Below are positions 17,701 through 25,278 of a DNA stretch of 31,871 nucleotides, piece after piece. How positions within the stretch are numbered: position 1 is the first letter of the stretch; each line of letters begins with the position of its first letter. The translations under genes and the position numbers were made by a program. Location of the stretch: IMG/VR virus record IMGVR_UViG_2548876962_000012. The stretch is one strand, 5' to 3'. The stretch is from a virus. Its lineage: Duplodnaviria; Heunggongvirae; Uroviricota; Caudoviricetes. The notes under the pieces are model-generated. The model did no database searches and was not told where the DNA came from. It worked only from the letters and a program-made list of their open reading frames with translations.

Positions 17701-18438
17701 TTAACTGGCTTTCTTTTTCGGGCGTCCACGTTTTGCCGGTGTCACGCTCCGGGTCTTACGCGGGGCGCGGGTGACCGCTTTTGGCTCCGGCTTCGGTTTC
17801 AGCTCCCGCTCCAGTCGTTCAATCTCTTTTTTGACGCCTGCCTGACAGTCGAGCTGTGTCGCACGTTGCAGGTGCGCCAGCGCACCTGCGGCATCACCAG
17901 CGTCACGCAGAAACAGACCGGTGATTTTGTGCAGCTTTGCGCGCACTTCATCAGGCATATCAGCAGCGGCGGTCAGTTCAAGGGTGTCCATCAGCAGGCG
18001 GGTATCCACAGACTCACCGGCAGCGTGGGCGCGCATGGCCGCGAGCGCCACCTCCTCGGTGAACATGTACGGCGGGGTGCGGCGGTGTTTACCCGGCATG
18101 GTCAGACCGTACTTCAGGGCATAACGGGCAATCTCCAGCGCACCGGCAATATCGCCGGTATCCAGACGCCACAGCATGACCGTCATCAGAATGTCATCCT
18201 GTGCGCCTTTGCCCTGCTCCAGCACGCCGTTCACCCACGGCAACCAGAACGGCAGCAGTTCGCGCTTTTTCGCGGCCTTCAGCTCTTTTGAATAAATCGC
18301 TTTCAGTGTGCGCTGGTCTGCGGCGAGCTTAACCAGCATCTGCTCATAGACAGTTGCATGTCGCAGCGGGGCGGCTTCCCGCTGCGCGGTCATCGCTGCC
18401 GAGACCCGCATCATGTGGCGCTGTGCGGGACTCGTCAT
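17701..18438 (-). CDS. M: Terminase small subunit gpM, 245 aa
   Basis: 245-aa ORF between N and L with a basic C-terminus; P2 M position. Confidence 0.85.
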   Translation of the reverse strand: MTSPAQRHMMRVSAAMTAQREAAPLRHATVYEQMLVKLAADQRTLKAIYSKELKAAKKRELLPFWLPWVNGVLEQGKGAQDDILMTVMLWRLDTGDIAGALEIARYALKYGLTMPGKHRRTPPYMFTEEVALAAMRAHAAGESVDTRLLMDTLELTAAADMPDEVRAKLHKITGLFLRDAGDAAGALAHLQRATQLDCQAGVKKEIERLERELKPKPEPKAVTRAPRKTRSVTPAKRGRPKKKAS

Positions 18439-18441
18439 CAG

Positions 18442-19515
18442 TTACGCTCCCGGCTCTGCGGTCGCCTTAGCCGGTGTGGAGAAATCACCGACCTTGATTT
18501 TTTCCACCAGACAACCGGCGGCGTAGTCTTCCACCACGTAATCAATGTTCATTGACTCGTAGTTCTCCACGCGGTCGAGTTTCGGGTTTTCCACAATCAC
18601 GCGGCGATGGCTGTCATCCATGTAGTAGATGGACAGGTTTTCCAGCTTCGTGATGAGCATCGCATCCGCCGGGAAGTACGGGACGCGTACCGCCGGCAGG
18701 TTACCGATGCGTTTCTGACTGATGATGACGTCAGCGGCCAGCATTTCGCTGTTGTCCTGCTCTTTGTTGACGATGGGGAAATACTTGTCCGCCAGTAGCT
18801 GACGCCCCACAATCACCACAAGGTCAGGGTCTTCCTGATACCAAGGTTCAATCAGGTTGTTGGTCGCATCCATCACCAGTGCATCGAGGCTTACATAATC
18901 ACCGCCCTTACCCACGCGGATGACCTCAGAGGTGGTGCGGCCTTCCTCGTCAGTGACCTTGCTCATCACGCGCGCCGGGGCTTCATTGCGGTATTTCTGC
19001 AGCCAGCCGACTGCCACATCCTGCAGCATCGGATTGCTGCTGCGGTCAGAGGTTTCGGCACGCTTCACGCCGTTAAAACCGGCCATGATGAAATCAAGGG
19101 ACTGGCGTTTGATAATGGCGTTACGGATACGGAGCTGGAAATCCTGATAACGCGCCCACAGGTCCAGCGTTTTGTAGCGGATATAAAAATCGAAGTTAAT
19201 CTGGTCGCATTCGTACTTGTTTGACGCCAGCTTCGAGAAGTCCTTCGGCTGACGCTCGGTGCCACCGGCGGTGTCGGTGGTGCTGGCGATGGAGCCGGTG
19301 ACACCAATACCAATTTTTTCCCCTTTCATTTCGCTGACCGGCACAATGTTGATGCGGGTCAGAAAGTCAGAGGACTCCTGCATGGTGTTCATCAGGGTCT
19401 GGGTGACCGACGGTTCAACGGTGAATTTTTTCGACACATCACCGGCGTCGATGCCGTTCAGTTCGGCAACACGGGACAGGTAGGCATTAAATTTAAAGCG
19501 GGTTTCCTGGCGCAT
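18442..19515 (-). CDS. N: Major capsid protein gpN, 357 aa
   Basis: 357-aa ORF; P2 N length and position. Confidence 0.9.
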   Translation of the reverse strand: MRQETRFKFNAYLSRVAELNGIDAGDVSKKFTVEPSVTQTLMNTMQESSDFLTRINIVPVSEMKGEKIGIGVTGSIASTTDTAGGTERQPKDFSKLASNKYECDQINFDFYIRYKTLDLWARYQDFQLRIRNAIIKRQSLDFIMAGFNGVKRAETSDRSSNPMLQDVAVGWLQKYRNEAPARVMSKVTDEEGRTTSEVIRVGKGGDYVSLDALVMDATNNLIEPWYQEDPDLVVIVGRQLLADKYFPIVNKEQDNSEMLAADVIISQKRIGNLPAVRVPYFPADAMLITKLENLSIYYMDDSHRRVIVENPKLDRVENYESMNIDYVVEDYAAGCLVEKIKVGDFSTPAKATAEPGA

Positions 19516-19682
19516 AGTTTTTCCTGAAATTAAGGGTTAATCGTGAAGGTTTTTCCCGGACTGACTGACGCCGGTCAGCAGTTCGTCATCAGGGCGTCAC
19601 CGCCACCACCGGTGGCCTTGCTGCGGCGCTGCTGGGTCAGACTTTCGGTGTGGTCGAGACTGTTTTTCAGGCGGGTGAATGC

Positions 19683-20429
19683 CTAGCTGGTTTCATCCGC
19701 CCTGTCAGTCACCTCCTGCTTAAGAGCGGAAAAGGCAGTTTCCACCTCAGCGAGGCGCTGCTCAGTGGCGCTCAGTTTTTCCTGCACATGTTCAGCAACA
19801 GCGGTCACCGCTTCATGCACGTCATTCAGACGGGCGTCATCGCTGGCCTGTTTGCGGCCAAAAATGGATTTCACCTTTTCGGTCAGGGCGGTGAACACGG
19901 TTTCAGGCAGGTCTTCAAATTCCAGCTCAACAGGCGTTGCCACTGAAATCAGGTTTTCAGGGCTTAATTTGAAGCGGTTCAGGGGGTTGTGTTTTGCCGT
20001 GCGGCAGAATTCCAGGTATTCCGTGCCGAGGCTTGCCGGGTCATCGGTGACGGCCAGCCCCACCAGATAACATTTGCCGGTGTTGGCAAAGTTCGGCTGA
20101 ATTTCCATTGAGGTATAGACCTTCTGCGCGGCCTTGTTCATCGCGATAAGGTCATCGGTCGGGGTGATTTTCGCAAACAGCGCCCATTTGCCTTTCAGCG
20201 CCGAATCGTCGTCAATCTTTTCGGCCTTCAGTTCGACCACATCGCCATAACGCTTAAAAATACCGTCAGGCAGGATGCCGCGCAGATGTTCCAGGTTAAT
20301 GCGGCAACCATAGACACGCGGGTCAAAGGTTTCGGCCATTTCCTGAATATCCTGCGCACTGATGACACGCCCGTCACAGGTGTCACCCTCAACGCCGATA
20401 CGAAAGAATTTTGAGACTTTTTTTGCCAT
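19683..20429 (-). CDS. O: Capsid scaffold/protease gpO, truncated at codon 249 by an in-frame TAG (full-length frame would be 19575-20429, 284 aa)
   Basis: ATG at 20427-20429 (MAKKVSKFFRIGVEGD); TAG at 19683-19685; the same frame continues AFTRLKNSLDHTESLTQQRRSKATGGGGDALMTNC to a TGA at 19575-19577, which restores the P2 gpO length of 284 aa. Confidence 0.8.
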   Translation of the reverse strand: MAKKVSKFFRIGVEGDTCDGRVISAQDIQEMAETFDPRVYGCRINLEHLRGILPDGIFKRYGDVVELKAEKIDDDSALKGKWALFAKITPTDDLIAMNKAAQKVYTSMEIQPNFANTGKCYLVGLAVTDDPASLGTEYLEFCRTAKHNPLNRFKLSPENLISVATPVELEFEDLPETVFTALTEKVKSIFGRKQASDDARLNDVHEAVTAVAEHVQEKLSATEQRLAEVETAFSALKQEVTDRADETS

Positions 20430-20602
20430 TGTCAGGAGTCCTGAATAGTGATTAGAGGAGTCACATGTCGGCATCAGTTTCCCGACGATACGCATCCTTC
20501 GCCATCAGTCCCGGATGGCTTATCACTGACACAACAGCACCTTAGCGAATCGCGGGGCGCGACTCAGTAGCCTTGCCGTGTATTCATCACGGCGAGGTAT
20601 TC

Positions 20603-22375
20603 ATGACCATCACCACAGACACCACTCTTTTACACGACCCGCGTCGTCAGGCGGCGCTGCTGTACTGGCAGGGGTTTTCCGTGCCGCAGATTGCCGCCAT
20701 GTTGCAGATGAAACGCCCGACGGTGCAGAGCTGGAAACAGCGCGACGGCTGGGACAGCGTTGCCCCCATCAGCCGTGTCGAAATGAGCCTGGAAGCGCGG
20801 CTGACCCAGCTCATCATCAAACCGCAGAAAACCGGCGGTGACTTCAAGGAAATTGACCTGCTGGGACGCCAGATTGAACGACTGGCACGGGTCAACCGTT
20901 ACAGCCAGACCGGCAACGAGGCAGACCTTAATCCGAACATCGCTAACCGCAACAAAGGCGGGCGTCGCAAACCGAAAAAGAATTTTTTCAGTGACGAGGC
21001 CATCGAAAAGCTGGAGCAGATTTTCTTTGAGCAGTCTTTCGAATATCAGTTGCACTGGTATCGCGCCGGGCTTGAGCACCGCATCCGCGATATCCTGAAA
21101 TCCCGCCAGATTGGCGCGACGTTTTATTTTTCCCGCGAGGCGCTGCTGCGCGCCCTGAAAACCGGTCATAACCAGATTTTTCTGTCGGCCAGTAAAACGC
21201 AGGCGTATGTGTTCCGCGAATACATCATCGCCTTTGCCCGGCTGGTTGACGTTGACCTGACCGGTGACCCGATTGTCCTGGGCAATAACGGCGCAAAACT
21301 GATTTTTCTCGGCACCAACTCCAACACCGCACAGAGCCATAACGGCGACCTGTACGTCGATGAGATTTTCTGGATCCCGAATTTTCAGGTACTGCGTAAG
21401 GTGGCATCAGGTATGGCCTCACAGAGTCACCTGCGCTCGACCTATTTCTCCACCCCGTCCACGCTGGCGCACGACGCCTACCCGTTCTGGTCGGGTGAAC
21501 TGTTCAACCGGGGTCGCGCCAGCGCCGCCGAACGCGTGGAAATCGACGTCAGTCATAACGCCCTTGCCGGAGGTCTTCTCTGTGCGGACGGCCAGTGGCG
21601 GCAGATTGTCACCATTGAGGACGCGCTGAAAGGCGGCTGCACGCTGTTCGACATTGAGCAGCTCAAACGTGAAAACAGCGCCGACGATTTTAAAAACCTG
21701 TTCATGTGTGAATTTGTTGACGACAAAGCGTCGGTGTTCCCGTTCGAGGAGCTGCAACGCTGCATGGTCGACACGCTGGAAGAATGGGAAGACTATGCGC
21801 CGTTTGCCGCGAATCCGTTCGGCTCCCGCCCGGTATGGATTGGTTACGACCCGTCACACCGTGGCGACAGTGCCGGATGCGTGGTGCTGGCACCGCCGGT
21901 GGTGGCCGGTGGCAAATTCAGAATACTTGAGCGTCACCAGTGGAAAGGCATGGACTTTGCCACTCAGGCTGAATCCATCCGCAAACTCACCGAAAAATAC
22001 AACGTCGAATACATCGGTATTGATGCCACCGGCCTCGGTGTCGGCGTGTTCCAGCTCGTGCGCTCGTTCTATCCCGCCGCGCGCGACATCCGCTACACGC
22101 CGGAAATGAAAACCGCAATGGTGCTCAAGGCAAAAGACGTCATCCGCCGTGGCTGTCTGGAATATGACGTCAGCGCCACCGACATCACCAGCTCGTTTAT
22201 GGCTATCCGCAAGACCATGACCAGCAGCGGACGCAGCGCCACCTATGAGGCCAGCCGCAGCGAGGAAGCCAGCCACGCCGACCTCGCCTGGGCGACCATG
22301 CACGCCCTGTTAAATGAGCCACTCACCGCCGGTATCAGCACTCCGCTGACATCCACCATTCTGGAGTTTTACTGA
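20603..22375 (+). CDS. P: Terminase large subunit gpP, 590 aa
   Basis: ATG at 20603 with SD GAGGT; 590 aa as in P2 P; stop overlaps the Q start (TGATG). Confidence 0.9.
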   Translation: MTITTDTTLLHDPRRQAALLYWQGFSVPQIAAMLQMKRPTVQSWKQRDGWDSVAPISRVEMSLEARLTQLIIKPQKTGGDFKEIDLLGRQIERLARVNRYSQTGNEADLNPNIANRNKGGRRKPKKNFFSDEAIEKLEQIFFEQSFEYQLHWYRAGLEHRIRDILKSRQIGATFYFSREALLRALKTGHNQIFLSASKTQAYVFREYIIAFARLVDVDLTGDPIVLGNNGAKLIFLGTNSNTAQSHNGDLYVDEIFWIPNFQVLRKVASGMASQSHLRSTYFSTPSTLAHDAYPFWSGELFNRGRASAAERVEIDVSHNALAGGLLCADGQWRQIVTIEDALKGGCTLFDIEQLKRENSADDFKNLFMCEFVDDKASVFPFEELQRCMVDTLEEWEDYAPFAANPFGSRPVWIGYDPSHRGDSAGCVVLAPPVVAGGKFRILERHQWKGMDFATQAESIRKLTEKYNVEYIGIDATGLGVGVFQLVRSFYPAARDIRYTPEMKTAMVLKAKDVIRRGCLEYDVSATDITSSFMAIRKTMTSSGRSATYEASRSEEASHADLAWATMHALLNEPLTAGISTPLTSTILEFY

Positions 22376-23409
22376 TGAGCAAGAAAAAAGGGAAAACACC
22401 GCAACCTGCGGCAAAAACAATGACCGCCAGCGCCCCGAAAATGGAGGCATTCACCTTTGGTGAGCCGGTGTCGGTACTCGACCGCCGTGACATTCTGGAT
22501 TACGTCGAGTGCATCAGTAACGGCAGATGGTATGAGCCACCGGTCAGCTTTACCGGTCTGGCAAAAAGCCTGCGTGCTGCCGTGCATCACAGCTCACCGA
22601 TTTACGTCAAACGCAATATTCTGGCCTCGACATTTATCCCGCATCCGTGGCTTTCCCAGCAGGATTTCAGCCGCTTTGTGCTGGATTTTCTGGTGTTCGG
22701 TAATGCGTTTCTGGAAAAGCGTTACAGCACCACCGGTAAGGTCATCAGACTGGAAACCTCACCGGCAAAATATACCCGCCGTGGCGTGGAGGAGGATGTT
22801 TACTGGTGGGTGCCGTCCTTCAACGAGCCGACAGCCTTCGCGCCCGGCTCCGTGTTTCACCTGCTGGAGCCGGATATCAATCAGGAGCTGTACGGCCTGC
22901 CGGAATATCTCAGCGCCCTTAACTCTGCCTGGCTGAATGAATCAGCCACGCTGTTCCGCCGCAAGTATTACGAAAACGGCGCACATGCCGGATACATCAT
23001 GTACGTCACCGATGCCGTGCAGGATCGCAACGATATCGAAATGCTCCGCGAAAACATGGTGAAGTCGAAAGGCCGCAACAACTTTAAAAACCTGTTTCTC
23101 TATGCCCCACAGGGGAAAGCCGACGGCATTAAAATTATCCCGCTCAGTGAAGTGGCAACGAAGGACGATTTTTTTAATATCAAAAAAGCCAGCGCCGCTG
23201 ACCTGCTGGACGCGCACCGCATCCCCTTTCAGTTGATGGGCGGCAAGCCGGAGAACGTCGGGTCGCTGGGCGATATTGAGAAAGTGGCAAAGGTCTTTGT
23301 CCGCAATGAGCTTATCCCGCTACAGGACAGGATCCGCGAGATAAACGGCTGGCTCGGCCAGGAAGTCATCCGCTTTAAAAACTACTCACTGGACACTGAC
23401 AACAGCTGA
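22375..23409 (+). CDS. Q: Portal protein gpQ, 344 aa
   Basis: 344-aa ORF adjacent to cos; P2 Q length and position. Confidence 0.9.
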   Translation: MSKKKGKTPQPAAKTMTASAPKMEAFTFGEPVSVLDRRDILDYVECISNGRWYEPPVSFTGLAKSLRAAVHHSSPIYVKRNILASTFIPHPWLSQQDFSRFVLDFLVFGNAFLEKRYSTTGKVIRLETSPAKYTRRGVEEDVYWWVPSFNEPTAFAPGSVFHLLEPDINQELYGLPEYLSALNSAWLNESATLFRRKYYENGAHAGYIMYVTDAVQDRNDIEMLRENMVKSKGRNNFKNLFLYAPQGKADGIKIIPLSEVATKDDFFNIKKASAADLLDAHRIPFQLMGGKPENVGSLGDIEKVAKVFVRNELIPLQDRIREINGWLGQEVIRFKNYSLDTDNS

Positions 23410-23414
23410 ACATC

Positions 23415-23436
23415 GCCGCCTGCGGGCGGCTTTTTT
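23415..23436 (+). terminator. Rho-independent terminator after Q
   Basis: gccgcc-tgcg-ggcggc hairpin (23415-23430) followed by TTTTTT (23431-23436), 6 nt after the Q stop. Confidence 0.7.
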
Positions 23437-23579
23437 ACACCCCGTCATCACGCCCTCATACGCTCACCACCGCACAAAACACCCCGCAGACACACCAACG
23501 GCCCCGGCGAACAATCTAAACGCCATCACGACGCGCTCAGACGCTGAAAAAATAAAATCAGCACCACCGGCAGCGCGCA

Positions 23580-23598
23580 GTGCTTTCCCCGCCTCGCC
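23580..23598. other. cos: cos cohesive-end site (19 nt)
   Basis: gtgctttccccgcctcgcc is the reverse complement of GGCGAGGCGGGGAAAGCAC, the P2 cohesive-end sequence as I recall it; located next to Q as in P2. Confidence 0.7.
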
Positions 23599-23801
23599 TG
23601 CGCGCTTCATGGGGCGATTTTGATGCAGGTGCATGAGCTCTCTCAGACTGAACAAAAGCTAGCAACGCCCAAACAATCACGATGTCCAAAACGCATGCAT
23701 TTTCATGCAAGGAAGAGGATTATGTCGATACGTTAAAAAACTACCAAAGTAAATTATAAGCATACACTAACAACTCAAAAAAATGCCCTCCTCACAAATC
23801 A

Positions 23802-24254
23802 TTATGCTTCCTCTGTATTCATAAGTCTTAAAAGAATTTCTCCAGTGCTAGCATCAGACATTAGATCATTTAACGCTTTGATTAACGTTTCTTTATCTTT
23901 GCACCTAACATCCCGTTTGTTATAAGAAATCACACATGGATAACCATCTGATTCATTTATCTTCCAAACAGCAATGTTCTCTTTAACTTCTGTTTGCTCT
24001 CTCTTAGTTACGAACGATAGAGCTTCGTAATCGATGTAAGGGTTGATGTTTGTAATCGAACTCACAACGGCAGTAAGCGCTGTCTGATTAGGTGCGAGTT
24101 TTTTTTCACTCGTAACTTTCAAAAACACTCGCCCTTGACTAAGCTCCTTTACACTGTCACTTAAGTCACTGATAACACTAAAAATTTCTTCTTTATTTGA
24201 TCTTGCTTTTTTGGCTGCCTCTAACCCCACAGCTAATGAATTTTTGAAATCCAT
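23802..24254 (-). CDS. Cargo protein of unknown function, 150 aa, downstream partner of the EEP gene
   Basis: AT-rich ORF; ATG 4 nt after the EEP gene stop with a GAGAGG SD-like element; no TM segments or recognisable motifs. Confidence 0.6.
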   Translation of the reverse strand: MDFKNSLAVGLEAAKKARSNKEEIFSVISDLSDSVKELSQGRVFLKVTSEKKLAPNQTALTAVVSSITNINPYIDYEALSFVTKREQTEVKENIAVWKINESDGYPCVISYNKRDVRCKDKETLIKALNDLMSDASTGEILLRLMNTEEA

Positions 24255-24258
24255 TTTT

Positions 24259-25161
24259 TTAACCTCTCGTAATTACAGCGATAACAGGTAAATGATCAAA
24301 GTTAGTTTTTGGACTTGTCACCAAATTTTTAAAGACTTCATCGTTAATGATTTTAACCTCATCCTCCAAAAGATTCCAATCTCCACCAGAAATGAATGAA
24401 GAGGAGAAAATAATTTGATCAAATGTATGCCAACGGGTTACAGCACCGCCACTGTAATAATATGTCCCGTAAGTACTCAAATGATGATCTTCTGATGGAA
24501 AACTAATTGAAGCCCCCATAAAATTCCAAAAAGGGTTGTATAAAAAAATATCTTTTTTGACAACCAAGTCTCTATCCCTTGTTGCCCCTAAAGCATGTGT
24601 AATAGATTTATTAAAGGGATCGTCATTGTAATCACCTAAAAGAATAAAATACTTTCCTGACTTTTCCTCTATACATCTACTGATCGCTCCTCGCAAAGCT
24701 TTTCCTAATTCATATCGTTTTGGCATTTCTTCATTAGAATCATTACCTCTCATAGGCCAATGCGATATGTAGAAAAAAAAATGATCCCCACTATTATTAT
24801 GCATGAGCTGAACTTCTTGCCCGGCTCTTACCGCTCCTAACAATGACTGTTCAACAATACTTTTACTATCAATGTAAGTGAAAGTAGCTAGCTTTATAAG
24901 AATGCACATATCATGTTTTATGCTTCCTTCAGTGAAAGTCCCATCATATATTATGAACCCTTTCTCTGAGAAAATCTCCTCTAAAACCTTAATATCTGAT
25001 GGTGATATTTCTCCAAGACATAGAATATCAACATTATGACTCATCAAAATATTTGTTATAAGAGCAAATGCTACATCCAACTCTTCAGGAGTAGAACGAT
25101 CTCTTTTAACCGCAGGAGATATCCCCGTATTCCACCAAGCGATTGAAACAGCCTCACACAT
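24259..25161 (-). CDS. Cargo EEP-fold (endonuclease/exonuclease/phosphatase family) protein, 300 aa
   Basis: Very AT-rich ORF; ordered EEP signature motifs: WWNTG near the N-terminus, DILCLGE (the LCLQE-type motif), LLGDYNDD (GDxN), and FDHLPV (SDHxPV-type) at the C-terminus. Confidence 0.7.
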   Translation of the reverse strand: MCEAVSIAWWNTGISPAVKRDRSTPEELDVAFALITNILMSHNVDILCLGEISPSDIKVLEEIFSEKGFIIYDGTFTEGSIKHDMCILIKLATFTYIDSKSIVEQSLLGAVRAGQEVQLMHNNSGDHFFFYISHWPMRGNDSNEEMPKRYELGKALRGAISRCIEEKSGKYFILLGDYNDDPFNKSITHALGATRDRDLVVKKDIFLYNPFWNFMGASISFPSEDHHLSTYGTYYYSGGAVTRWHTFDQIIFSSSFISGGDWNLLEDEVKIINDEVFKNLVTSPKTNFDHLPVIAVITRG

Positions 25162-25185
25162 TCATTCATACCCAATTATTATCTA

Positions 25186-25207
25186 GATGATATTACTGAT
25201 GATATTA
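25186..25207. promoter_or_regulatory. Perfect 10-bp direct repeat (gatgatatta x2, 2-bp spacer) in the promoter region of the cargo operon
   Basis: Copies at 25186-25195 and 25198-25207, 25 bp upstream of the EEP gene start, in the A / cargo intergenic region. Confidence 0.4.
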
Positions 25208-25278
25208 TTTCCGAAATCAAATAAACACAACTCTTATCTTGACATGATTTGCTGTTTAATATTTAGAAATAAAACCGG

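Noticed and set aside
20430-20602. Perfect TGT-N12-ACA Ogr boxes in the O/P divergent promoter region
   Set aside because: A manual scan found no perfect match; only the one-mismatch variant reported as a low-confidence finding, so no promoter feature was annotated.
23580-23598. Interpretation of the window as a plasmid or a linear virion genome
   Set aside because: cos is internal and the window ends are int and ogr, the genes that flank attP; this is the permutation expected for an integrated prophage.
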